Of a stretch of 64,000 nucleotides of DNA, positions 49,420 to 58,778 are shown in pieces (position 1 is the first letter of the stretch; every line of letters begins with the position of its first letter). Location of the stretch: contig CAWEMM010000010.1 of NCBI GenBank assembly GCA_963810095.1, positions 32,001 to 96,000 of the forward strand, written 5' to 3'. Below the pieces are notes generated by a model. It did not search any database and was not told where the DNA came from. It worked only from the letters and a program-made list of their open reading frames with translations. A program made the position numbers and the translations under genes. This DNA comes from an uncultured Chloroflexia bacterium (GTDB lineage Bacteria; Chloroflexota; Anaerolineae; CG2-30-64-16).

Positions 49420-51476
49420 ACGCGGATCAAAACTCCGAGTCTCCTCGCATCGGCGTCTACGTGTGCCACTGCGGCAGCAACATCGCGGGCATGGTGGACT
49501 GCCCCGGGGTGGCGCAGTGGGCGTGCCCTGGTGGGGGGCAGGAAAACCTGCCCCACGTGGTGGTGGCGCGGGATAACAAGTTCATGTGCTCGAGCCTGGG
49601 CCAGGAGATGATCGAGAAGGACATCCACGAGCTCGGGCTGAACCGGGTGGTAGTGGCTGCCTGTTCCCCTCACCTGCACGAAGCCACGTTCCGGGGCGCG
49701 TGCCAGCGGGCGGGGCTCAACCCGTTCTTGTTCGACATGGTGTCCATCCGTGAGCAAGTCTCCTGGGTCAATCGTGACCCAGTGATTGCGACCGAGAAGG
49801 CCAGGGCGCTGATCTCGGGCGCCGTGCGCCGGGTGGCCCACAACGAGCCGCTCGACCCCATCACCGTCAAGATCGACCCCCACGTATTGGTGGTGGGCGG
49901 CGGGATCGCCGGCATCCAGGCCGCGCTGGAGATCGCGGACGCGGGCTATCATGTGTACCTGGTGGAGCGGGAGCCGAGCCTCGGCGGCCACATGGCCCAG
50001 TTCGACAAGACGTTCCCTACGCTCGACTGCTCGGCCTGCATCCTGACGCCGAAGATGTTCACGGCAGGCAACCACAAGAACATCACCCTGCTCAGCTACA
50101 GCGAGGTCGAGAAGGTCGACGGCTACATCGGCAACTTCACCGTGAAGATCCGCAAGCGGGCGCGCAAGATCGACACTGCCCTGTGCACGGGGTGCGGTCT
50201 GTGCGAGGAGAAGTGCCCGAAGAAGGTGGTCGATGAGGTATTCGAGGCGGGCCTGGGCTACCGGAAGGCCATCTACCGCCCGTTCCCCCAGGCTGTGCCC
50301 AAGTACCCGGTGATCGACACTGAGAACTGCACGTTCTACCAGCGGGGGACTTGCAAGGCATGTCAAAAGTTCTGCCCCACGGGCGCCATCGACTTCCAGC
50401 AGGAGGACGAGATCGTCGAGGTGAGCGTCGGGAATATCATCCTGGCCACCGGCTTCGACCTGTTCGACTGCCGCCGCATCCCCCAGTACGGCTACGGCCG
50501 CCTCGCCAACGTCTTCACGAGCCTGGAGTTCGAGCGGCTGTCGAACGCGGCCGGGCCGACAGGCGGGAAGGTAGTGCTGCGCGACGGCGTGACGGTGCCC
50601 AAGAACGTCTGTATTATCCACTGCGCGGGCAGCCGCGATCGCAACTATAACAAGTACTGCTCCGCCATCTGCTGCATGCAGTCGCTGAAATTCGCCCACC
50701 TGGTGAAGGAGCGGACCGGCGCCCGGGTCTACAACTGCTACATCGACATCCGTACCCCGGCCAAAGCCTACGATGAGTTCTACCAGCATATCATCGAAGA
50801 GGGGATCATCTTCGTGCGCGGCAAGGTGGCCGAGGTGACGGACGCCGCCCGGCTGGCGGGCGAGGAGGGCAAGCTCATCGTCCAGGTGGAAGACACGCTG
50901 GTGGGCAAGCAGCGCCGTATCCCGGTCGACATGGTGATCCTCTCCGCCGGGCTTGAGCCGCGCTTCGACGCGAAGGAAGTCGGTAAGAAATTCGGCATTT
51001 CGTGCAGCATGGACGGCTGGTTCATCGAGCGGCACCCAAAGCTGGATCCGGTCGCGACCATGACCGACGGGATCTTCATCGCCGGCGCGTGCCAGGGGCC
51101 AAAGGACATCCCGGCGGCGGTCAGCCAGGGTGCGGCCGCTGCGGCTCGCGTGCAGGGATTGATCAGCCAGCGGGAGATCACACTCGAGCCCGTGCGGGCG
51201 CGAGTGGACGAAGCGAAGTGCTCCGGCTGTCGCATCTGTAACAGCATGTGTCCCTTCAACGCCATCTCGTTCCACGAGGATACGATGGTTACCGAGATCA
51301 ACCCGGCGTTGTGCCAGGGCTGCGGCACCTGCGTCGCAGCATGTCCGGCCGGCGCGATCCGGGGCACGCACTTCAGCGACGAACAGATCATGGCCCAGAT
51401 CGAGGGCATCTTGCTGCGGAACGGTACGCAGAAGGCGATAGAAACTGGGTTTCTGAAGGAGGTGGCTTATGCCTGA
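49416..51476 (+). CDS. hdrA: Heterodisulfide reductase subunit A (bifurcating FAD)
   Basis: VYVCHCGSNI, AACSP, GGGIAG, KTFPTLDCSAC, YCSAICC, GPKDIP and ferredoxin motifs. Confidence 0.93.
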   Translation: MNADQNSESPRIGVYVCHCGSNIAGMVDCPGVAQWACPGGGQENLPHVVVARDNKFMCSSLGQEMIEKDIHELGLNRVVVAACSPHLHEATFRGACQRAGLNPFLFDMVSIREQVSWVNRDPVIATEKARALISGAVRRVAHNEPLDPITVKIDPHVLVVGGGIAGIQAALEIADAGYHVYLVEREPSLGGHMAQFDKTFPTLDCSACILTPKMFTAGNHKNITLLSYSEVEKVDGYIGNFTVKIRKRARKIDTALCTGCGLCEEKCPKKVVDEVFEAGLGYRKAIYRPFPQAVPKYPVIDTENCTFYQRGTCKACQKFCPTGAIDFQQEDEIVEVSVGNIILATGFDLFDCRRIPQYGYGRLANVFTSLEFERLSNAAGPTGGKVVLRDGVTVPKNVCIIHCAGSRDRNYNKYCSAICCMQSLKFAHLVKERTGARVYNCYIDIRTPAKAYDEFYQHIIEEGIIFVRGKVAEVTDAARLAGEEGKLIVQVEDTLVGKQRRIPVDMVILSAGLEPRFDAKEVGKKFGISCSMDGWFIERHPKLDPVATMTDGIFIAGACQGPKDIPAAVSQGAAAAARVQGLISQREITLEPVRARVDEAKCSGCRICNSMCPFNAISFHEDTMVTEINPALCQGCGTCVAACPAGAIRGTHFSDEQIMAQIEGILLRNGTQKAIETGFLKEVAYA

Positions 51477-51942
51477 GAACGACATAAACCAGGTTTCTGC
51501 CAGAAACCTGGTTTCGCCCTCATCCTTCGAGCCCGTCATCGTCGGCTTCACCTGCAACTGGTGCTCCTACCGGGCCGCCGACTCGGCCGGCATGGCCCGC
51601 ATCAAGTACGCACCGAACGTGCGGTTGATCCGGCTGATGTGTTCGGGGCGTTGGGACCCGCAATTCGTGCTCAAGGCGTTCAGCGAGGGCGCGGACGCGG
51701 TGCTGGTCAGCGGCTGCCACCCCGGCGACTGCCACTACCTGGAGCAGAACTACAAAACCATCCGCCGTTTCGAGCTGCTGAAGAAGACGTTGGCCGCCCT
51801 GGGCGTCGAAGAGGGCCGGGTGAAGCTGGTCTGGGCGTCGGCCGCCGAGGGCGCCATCTTGGCCGAGGAGATCGACCACATGGTGGCCGAGGTCAAGGCG
51901 CTGGGGCCCCTGAACTGGCCGGGAGGCAAGAATGGCAGCTAA
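51469..51942 (+). CDS. mvhD: MvhD [2Fe-2S] subunit
   Basis: FTCNWCSY.AAD, MCSGR, GCHPGDCHY and WASAAEG. Confidence 0.92.
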   Translation: MPENDINQVSARNLVSPSSFEPVIVGFTCNWCSYRAADSAGMARIKYAPNVRLIRLMCSGRWDPQFVLKAFSEGADAVLVSGCHPGDCHYLEQNYKTIRRFELLKKTLAALGVEEGRVKLVWASAAEGAILAEEIDHMVAEVKALGPLNWPGGKNGS

Positions 51943-52932
51943 CGAGGGCCAGGCGAATGGGCACAAGCCCAAATTCGCGATGTATTGGGCGGCCTCCTGC
52001 GGCGGCTGCGAGATCGCGGTGCTAAACACCCACGAGCTCATTCTGGAGGTCGACGCCAACTTCGACGTCGTCTTCTGGCCCGTCGCAATGGACGCCAAGT
52101 ACAAGGACGTCGAAGCGATGGAGGACGGCTCCATCACGCTCTGTCTCTTCAACGGCGCGATCCGTAACGACGAGAACGAGGAGATGGCCCACTTGCTGCG
52201 TCGGAAATCCCAGATTCTCGTCGCGTTCGGCTCGTGCGCCTGCGAGGGTTGCATTCCCGGACTGGCGAACCTGTACAGCAAGGAGGCCATGCTCGACACG
52301 GCCTTCAGCACGGTCACGACGGACAACCCGCTGAATCTCCGGCCGGTGATCGCATACGATATGCCCGAAGGCAAGATCGAAATCCCGTACATCTACGACA
52401 CGGTGCGCACCCTCGACCAGGTGGTGCGGGTCGACTACACGATGCCCGGTTGCCCGCCCGAGAGCCACCAGATCGCAGCAGTCGTGCAACTGGTCATCGC
52501 AGCCCTCCACGGCGAGGCGAGCCTGCCGCCGCGCGGTTCTGTGATCGGCGCGGGCAACAGCACCGTGTGCGACGAGTGCCAGCGCACGCGCTCGAGAAGG
52601 TGCTCACGGAGTTCCGGCGCATGGCAACCTACCAACCCGAGCCGGTCCAATGCCTGCTCGAGCAGGGGATCCTTTGCTCGGGGATGGCGACCCGCTCGGG
52701 CTGCAACGCCCGCTGCCCGACCGCTAATATGCCTTGCATCGGCTGCTACGGGCCGGCCGCGGGGGTGGTCGACCAGGGCGCGCGCATGATGAGCGCGGTC
52801 GCTTCGGTGATCGGGAGCAACGACCCGAAGGAAATCAGGCGTATCCTTGACGGCATCCCCGATCCTGCCGGGACGTTCTACCGTTTCAGCCTGCCCAGCA
52901 GCCTGCTTCGCCACGGGCGGACGACGAGTTAG
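51932..52932 (+). CDS. mvhG: Group 3c [NiFe]-hydrogenase small subunit (frameshift near 52592)
   Basis: SCGGC, GSCA, PGCPP, VCDEC, then in the shifted frame CLLEQG.LC.G.ATRSGC..RCP..PCIGCYG. Confidence 0.88.
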
Positions 52933-53381
52933 CAACGGATTACACGGATTTCCGGGGCGTTTCATTGGGAGTAGCCTGTGACGCCACTGTTGTATGAGGA
53001 GCTCACCTATGCCGTGATCGGCGCGGCGATGGAAGTGCATAGAACCCTGGGGCCGGGATATCTCGAAGCGGTTTACCAGGCGGCCCTGGCGGAGGAACTC
53101 CGCTTACGCGGAATTCAGTTTGCCGAACAGAAGCCGCTGTCGGTTGTGTACAAAGGCGTCACGGTCGGCCAGTACGTGGCGGACTTTCTGGTGGAAGACT
53201 CTGTCATCCTGGAGCTCAAGGCCGTAACCACGCTTGCAGCCAACCACAAGGCGCAGGCCATCAACTATCTTGCGGCTACAGGTCTCACGTTGGCGCTGCT
53301 GCTAAACCTTGGCGCTCCATCACTGCAACACGAGCGCCTGATCCGTTTACCAAAATCCGCCAAATCCGTGTAATCCGTTGC
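52932..53381. mobile_element. Candidate GxxExxY cassette bounded by a perfect 20-bp inverted repeat
   Basis: gcaacggattacacggattt (52932-52951) is the exact reverse complement of aaatccgtgtaatccgttgc (53362-53381); it interrupts the mvhG-mvhA junction. Confidence 0.65.
52978..53373 (+). CDS. GxxExxY family PD-(D/E)XK nuclease-like protein
   Basis: GTG start; IGAAMEVHRTLGPGYLEAVY, ADFLVEDSVILELKAV, AQAINYL and LLLNLG. Confidence 0.92.
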   Translation: MTPLLYEELTYAVIGAAMEVHRTLGPGYLEAVYQAALAEELRLRGIQFAEQKPLSVVYKGVTVGQYVADFLVEDSVILELKAVTTLAANHKAQAINYLAATGLTLALLLNLGAPSLQHERLIRLPKSAKSV

Positions 53382-53402
53382 CAAGCGGTGTCGGAGGGAG
53401 TA

Positions 53403-54869
53403 ATGCAGAGAATCACGATCGATCCGATCACGCGGCTGGAAGGCCACGGCAAAATTACGATCTTCCTGAACGACGAGGGCGACGTTGCCAACACCTACTT
53501 CCAAATCCCCGAACTGCGCGGGTTCGAGCAGTTTGCGGTGGGCCGCCCCGTCGAGGAAATGGCGGTGATCACGAACCGCATCTGCGGCGTGTGCCCCGAA
53601 GCGCACCACATGGCCGCAGCCAAGGCGGCCGATGCCGCGTATCACGTCACCCCGCCCCGCACCGGCCGCATGTTGCGCGAACTGCTGTACAGCGCCTTCT
53701 ACTGCACCGATCACACGACCCACTTCTATGCGCTGGGCGGCCCGGATTTCATCATGGGACCGGACGCGCCGGTAGCGGAGCGCAATATCCTCGGCGTGAT
53801 CCACAAGGTAGGGCTCGAGGTCGGCGGCAAGGTCATCCAAATGCGCAAGTACGGGCACACAGTCGTCGAAATGATCGGCGGCCGCAAGGTGCACCCGTGC
53901 ACTTCGATTCCGGGCGGCGTGAGCCACGGCATCACGGAGGAGCAGCGCCGGGAGATCGAGGCGATGGGGCGATGGGCCGTCGAGTTCGCCCAGTTCACGA
54001 TGCAGGCCTTCAACGACCTTGTCCTGGGGAACGAGGTCTACCGCGACTTGATCCTTGGCGACGCCTACCTGCACCGCACCTATTCGATCGGGATGGTGGA
54101 CGAGAACAACAAGGTCAACTTCTACGACGGCAAGATCAGCGTGGTCGACCCGAACGGCGCGCGCATCGGAAAATATGCAGCGCCCGAGTACACCGACTGG
54201 ATCGCCGAACACGTCGAGCCGTGGACCTATCTGAAGTTCCCCTATCTCAAGAAGGTGGGCTGGAAGGGGTTTGTCGACGGGCCGGACTCTGGCGTGTACA
54301 TGGCGACGCCCTTGTCGAGGCTCAATGCGGCCGATGGGATGGCTACCCCGTGTGCGCAGGCGGAGTACGAGCGGTTCTATGGCACGATCGGCAGCAAGCC
54401 CGTGCATCACCGGCTGGCGATTCACTGGGCGCGGCTGATCGAGTTGATGTACGCAGCCGAGCGTTGGGTTGAGTTGGCAACCGACCCCGAGATCACTTCG
54501 CCCCACGTGCGCACCGTGCCGGACGCTACGCCCACCGAGGGCGTCGGCGTCGTGGAGGCGCCGCGCGGCACCTTAACCCATCACTACTGGACCGACGAAC
54601 GCGGGGTGGTCACGAGGGCCAACCTGGTTGTGGGCACGACGAACAACTACGCCCCGATCTCGATGTCGATCTCTAAGGCAGCCAGTACGTTCATTAAGCA
54701 CGGGACAGTTGTAACGGAGGGGCTGCTGAACCGGGTCGAAATGGCATTTCGGGCGTACGATCCCTGCTTCGGCTGCGCCACCCACAGCCTGCCCGGTCAA
54801 ATGCCGCTCGAACTGACCATCCGCGACGCGGCCGGCGAAGTCGTGCAGATTTTGCGACGCGATGGATAG
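53403..54869 (+). CDS. mvhA: Group 3c [NiFe]-hydrogenase large subunit
   Basis: DPITRLEGH, RICGVCPEAH, EAPRG, DPCFGCATH plus tail. Confidence 0.92.
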   Translation: MQRITIDPITRLEGHGKITIFLNDEGDVANTYFQIPELRGFEQFAVGRPVEEMAVITNRICGVCPEAHHMAAAKAADAAYHVTPPRTGRMLRELLYSAFYCTDHTTHFYALGGPDFIMGPDAPVAERNILGVIHKVGLEVGGKVIQMRKYGHTVVEMIGGRKVHPCTSIPGGVSHGITEEQRREIEAMGRWAVEFAQFTMQAFNDLVLGNEVYRDLILGDAYLHRTYSIGMVDENNKVNFYDGKISVVDPNGARIGKYAAPEYTDWIAEHVEPWTYLKFPYLKKVGWKGFVDGPDSGVYMATPLSRLNAADGMATPCAQAEYERFYGTIGSKPVHHRLAIHWARLIELMYAAERWVELATDPEITSPHVRTVPDATPTEGVGVVEAPRGTLTHHYWTDERGVVTRANLVVGTTNNYAPISMSISKAASTFIKHGTVVTEGLLNRVEMAFRAYDPCFGCATHSLPGQMPLELTIRDAAGEVVQILRRDG

Positions 54870-54875
54870 TCCCTC

Positions 54876-54941
54876 TCAACACAAAGACACCGAGGCACAA
54901 TGAAACCTCACCACCTCCGTGTCTTTGTGCCTTTGTGTTGA
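54876..54941. repeat. Inverted-repeat element, 'ACACAAAG' family, copy 3
   Basis: tcaacacaaagacaccgaggcacaa...gtgtctttgtgcctttgtgttga. Confidence 0.85.
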
Positions 54942-54964
54942 ACGAGCCTTCGCCTGAGGGGGTT

Positions 54965-55423
54965 ATGGAGTCACCGCGCACGCTCGTCCTCGGACTCGGC
55001 AATCCGATCCTGCGCGATGACGGGGTCGGCTGGCGGGTGGTCGAGGAGGCGCAGCGCCGGGCGCCGCACGTCACTGCCGAGTTTGACTGCGTGGCACTGG
55101 GCGGCCTGGCACTGATGGAGCGGCTGATCGGCTATGAGAGGGCAATCTTGGTCGACGCGATCCAGACCGCAGATGGTCTGCCGGGTTCAGTTTATCGCCT
55201 CGACCTGGACGATCTTCCAACCATGCATGCGAACGCCATCCATGACGCCTCGCTCAAGGATGCGCTCGTGCTCGGCCGGCGACTGGGCGCCGTGCTGCCG
55301 TCCCAGCTGTTGATTATCGCGGTCGAAGCTGCGGACGTGTTGAACTTTGGGGAAACGCTGTCGCCGCCGGTCGAGGCTGCCGTGCCGGCCGCTGTGGACG
55401 CGGTGCTTGCGGCGCTAGTCTGA
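54965..55423 (+). CDS. Hydrogenase maturation protease
   Basis: LGLGNPILRDDGVG, VDA and HD. Confidence 0.9.
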   Translation: MESPRTLVLGLGNPILRDDGVGWRVVEEAQRRAPHVTAEFDCVALGGLALMERLIGYERAILVDAIQTADGLPGSVYRLDLDDLPTMHANAIHDASLKDALVLGRRLGAVLPSQLLIIAVEAADVLNFGETLSPPVEAAVPAAVDAVLAALV

Positions 55424-55447
55424 GAGGGGCTGGCGCGGGTTGAGCTT

Positions 55448-55510
55448 AACCACAAAGACACCAAGAAACGAAGGTTCTGTGCCCTTCAGTGTCTTCGTGT
55501 CTTTGTGTTG
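55448..55510. repeat. Inverted-repeat element, 'ACACAAAG' family, copy 4
   Basis: aaccacaaagacaccaag...gtgtcttcgtgtctttgtgttg. Confidence 0.82.
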
Positions 55511-55572
55511 AGTGCCTTAGGTCCACAGGGACGCGACCGGCCCAGCCCCCATCAGGATAAGGGAGGGACCAC

Positions 55573-56028
55573 ATGATCTCACCGGAGATGTTACGCCGCC
55601 ACAGGTTTTCGGGCGGGCTGCGCGATGACGAGCTGGCAGCGATTGCCATGATTGCAGAGGAGTGCGGGTATCCCGACGGGGGCATCATCTTTCGCGAGGG
55701 TGAGCGGGCCGGGCACTTCTACATCCTGACGTCAGGCAGTGTGGACCTGGTCTACGAAATCCACCATCCCGGTGGTGTCGACACGTCCTACGTCGGCTCA
55801 ATCAACACAGGAGAGCCGTTCGGCATCTCGGCGTTCGTCGAACCTTACATCTTCAATGCTACGGGGCAGGCGCACGGCGCCGTCAAGGCGATCGCGATCG
55901 ACGCGGCCGCGCTGCGCGCGCTGTCGGAAGTCGACTGCCATCTCGGCTACACGGTCATGCGGCAGGTCGCAGTCGCCTTGGCCGAGCGCCTCAACTTTGC
56001 GCGGGTGCAGCTCGCCGCGTGCGGGTGA
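55573..56028 (+). CDS. Stand-alone cyclic-nucleotide-binding (Crp-type) domain protein, no HTH
   Basis: IFREGE..FYILTSGSV..GEPFG; 151 aa. Confidence 0.85.
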   Translation: MISPEMLRRHRFSGGLRDDELAAIAMIAEECGYPDGGIIFREGERAGHFYILTSGSVDLVYEIHHPGGVDTSYVGSINTGEPFGISAFVEPYIFNATGQAHGAVKAIAIDAAALRALSEVDCHLGYTVMRQVAVALAERLNFARVQLAACG

Positions 56029-56034
56029 GAAGAC

Positions 56035-56113
56035 ATAACACAAAGACACGAGAGCGCAACCGAGCCGGAGCAGGTCCGCCTTGCATCTTCGTGTCTTTGT
56101 GGCTTTGTGTTAT
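56035..56113. repeat. Inverted-repeat element, 'ACACAAAG' family, copy 5
   Basis: ataacacaaagacac...gtgtctttgtggctttgtgttat between convergent stop codons. Confidence 0.85.
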
Positions 56114-56116
56114 TTG

Positions 56117-57215
56117 CTAGCAGATCCTCGGCAGTTGTTCCCCGCTCAGCATGTCCACTACCCGCTGGCCGCCGATGCGTGAGCGGATGACGACCCGCCT
56201 GGGGTGGTCGGCCACCACTTCGCCAATAATGGCGGCCTCCCGCCCGAGCGGATGGCCGCGCATGGCGGACAGCGCAGCATCGGCCTGAGCGGGCGCCACG
56301 ATCGCAATGGCTTTCCCCTCGTTTGCCACGTAGAGAGGGTCCAGCCCCAGGATTTCACACGCGCCTCGCACGGCGTCCCCGAGTGGGATCGCGGTTTCCA
56401 CCAACCGGACGCCCACTTTGGCCGCCTGCGCAATTTCGTTCAGCGCGCTGGAGACGCCCTCCGCGGGTGGGGTCGCGCAGGACGTGCACGTGCTGGCCCG
56501 CCGCGTCGAGCACCGCAGCCACCAGCGTATTCAACGGCGCGGAGTCGCTCACCAGCTCGGTCTCGAAGGCCAAGCCCTCCCGCACCGACATGATGGCCAT
56601 CCCGTGCTCGGCGATGCGGCCCGAGAGCAAGACTTTATCGCCCGGCTGCGCGCGAAGCGGCGAAATGTCAATGCCCTCGGGGACCACGCCGACGCCGGTC
56701 GTGTTGATGTAAATGCCGTCGCCTTTGCCGCGGTCCACCACCTTTGTATCACCCGTCGCCACCGGCGCTCCAACCGACCGGGCGGCCTCGGCCAGCGATT
56801 GCACGATGCGCCAGAGCTCGTCCATCGGCAGCCCCTCTTCGAGGATAAACCCCGCGGACAGGGCGAGCGGCTGCGCGCCGCACATGGCGAGATCGTTCAC
56901 CGTGCCGTGAACGGCCAGCGAGCCGATGTCGCCGCCGGGGAAGAAGCGCGGGCTGATGACGAAGGAGTCAGTCGAGAACGCCAGGCGCGCGCCCCGGCGG
57001 AGGTCCAGGATCGCGCCGTCGTGCAGCGTCTCGTCGGCAAGAGCCTGCTGCGCCGGCCGGCCGTTTCGGAACGCCGGCACGAACATCTTCTCGATCAACA
57101 TCTGTGTAAGGCGGCCGCCGCCGCCGTGGGCGAGCGTCACCGTCGGGTATTCGTTGATCGGGATGGGACACTGCAGTGCGAACGAGGTTTGTGGCGAGAA
57201 GGTGGGAGCGCTCAT
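56117..57215 (-). CDS. hypE: Hydrogenase maturation protein HypE (+1 frameshift near 56459)
   Basis: HGGGG, TDSF, GTVNDL, GDTKVV, RDPTRG[g]GV and C-terminal PRIC. Confidence 0.93.
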
Positions 57216-58306
57216 GCGGTCCTTCCGTAGGTGAAATAGGCCGCGCAAGCGCCCTCGCTCGACACCATGGGCGCGCCGACCGGATGATCGGGGGTGCACA
57301 GTTGGCCAAACGCGCTGCACTGGTGCGGCTTCTTCAACCCACGCATGATTTCACCGGCAATGCAGACGCTTGACTCGGGCGCGGTAATGGCGGAAACGCC
57401 GAACCGCCGCTCGGCATCGAACGCCGCATACTCGGGCCGCAGGCGGTAGCCGCTCATTGGGATCACGCCGATTCCCCGCCACTGGCGGTCGGTCGTCTCG
57501 AAAACCTCGGCCAGGATGCGCTGCGCGGCCGGATTGCCTGCGCGCGTCACCAGCCGGCTGTACTGGTTCTCCACGTCGCAGCGGCCCGCTTCCAGCGCGG
57601 CGACGGCCATGTAGATACCTTGCAGCAGGTCGAGCGGCTCGAAGCCGGTTACGATGATAGGCACGCCGTACCTGGGGGCAATTGGCTCGTACTCCCAGTA
57701 GCCCATGACGGTGCAGACGTGGCCCGCAGCGAGGAAGGCCTGCACCTGGTTGTCGGGCGAAGACAGAATGGCCTCCATCGCCGGCGGCACAAGGACATGC
57801 GAGACGAGCACCGAGAAGTTGGTCAACCCCATCTGCCGCGCCTGGTAGACGGCCATCGCATTGCCCGGCGCGGTCGTCTCAAACCCGACGGCGAAGAAGA
57901 CTACCTGCTTGTCCGGATACTTCTGCGCCAGCTTGAGCGCGTCGAGCGGGGAGTACACCATGCGCACGTCGCCGCCCTGCGCTTTAATGCTCAGCAAGTC
58001 TGTGTTGGAGCCCGGGACGCGCAGCATGTCGCCGAACGACGTGAAGATGACGCCGGGCTGTCGCGCTATCGCCAGCGCCCGGTCGATCATCTCCAGGGGG
58101 GTCACGCAGACCGGGCAGCCCGGACCGTGAACCAGGGTGATGCTGTCCGGCAGCATACGGTCGATGCCCGACTTGATCAGCGTGTGGGTTTGCCCACCAC
58201 AGATCTCCATGATCTTCCACGGCCGCGTGATCTTACGCTCGATGGCGCGCAGCAGCACCTGCGCGTCCTCCTCGCGGCGGTATTCGTCGACAAAGCGCAG
58301 CGTCAT
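57212..58306 (-). CDS. hypD: Hydrogenase maturation protein HypD
   Basis: [20 protein letters not shown] and PMVSSEGAC. Confidence 0.95.
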   Translation of the reverse strand: MTLRFVDEYRREEDAQVLLRAIERKITRPWKIMEICGGQTHTLIKSGIDRMLPDSITLVHGPGCPVCVTPLEMIDRALAIARQPGVIFTSFGDMLRVPGSNTDLLSIKAQGGDVRMVYSPLDALKLAQKYPDKQVVFFAVGFETTAPGNAMAVYQARQMGLTNFSVLVSHVLVPPAMEAILSSPDNQVQAFLAAGHVCTVMGYWEYEPIAPRYGVPIIVTGFEPLDLLQGIYMAVAALEAGRCDVENQYSRLVTRAGNPAAQRILAEVFETTDRQWRGIGVIPMSGYRLRPEYAAFDAERRFGVSAITAPESSVCIAGEIMRGLKKPHQCSAFGQLCTPDHPVGAPMVSSEGACAAYFTYGRTA

Positions 58307-58599
58307 ACCACAGCCGCGCCTTTCGGCACCTCAGGCGCCAGATCGACTTCTTCGGCCTGCATCATCTCGTCCAGTTCACCCATCTCGCGGAGCAGGGCGA
58401 AGACCTCTTCCGCTTCCTCTTCATTCAACTTGTTCAGCGCAAAGCCCGCGTGCACGATGACATAATCCCCGACCTCGGCCTCGGGCGTGTAGGCCAGGCA
58501 CACTTCTTTGGCCACTCCGCCGAAGCTCACCTTGCCCATCGTCATGCCGGCGGGGTTAGGGGTCATTTCAAGTATCTTACCCGGTACTCCCAGACACAT
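58303..58599 (-). CDS. hypC: Hydrogenase chaperone HypC
   Basis: MCLGVPG and [12 protein letters not shown]. Confidence 0.95.
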   Translation of the reverse strand: MCLGVPGKILEMTPNPAGMTMGKVSFGGVAKEVCLAYTPEAEVGDYVIVHAGFALNKLNEEEAEEVFALLREMGELDEMMQAEEVDLAPEVPKGAAVV

Positions 58600-58692
58600 T
58601 ATTTAAGCTCCTAACGCTTATGCCACAGAGGCCGCTCGAGACGCCTCGGGTGTCCTCAGTGGCTAGACTAATCGCAAAGTGGAACCTGGAAC

Positions 58693-58774
58693 CTATCCGA
58701 AAAATGCTCTGGCCGGTCTCCGCCGAACCAGACGGGGCACGGTCAGAGACCGGCCCCAGCTAATTCTCGGATAG
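58693..58774. repeat. REP/MITE-like palindromic element, copy 2
   Basis: ctatccgaaaaatgctctggccggtctc...gagaccggcc...ttctcggatag; terminal inverted repeat ctatccga/tcggatag. Confidence 0.85.
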
Positions 58775-58778
58775 ATAC

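Noticed and set aside
55573-56028. Crp-domain protein as the regulator of the TGA-N6-TCA regulon
   Set aside because: Only 151 aa and lacks a C-terminal HTH, so it cannot bind DNA by itself.
54876-56113. Possible CRISPR array from recurring ACACAAAG repeats
   Set aside because: The repeats are inverted pairs separated by whole genes, not direct repeats with regular spacers; no cas genes.
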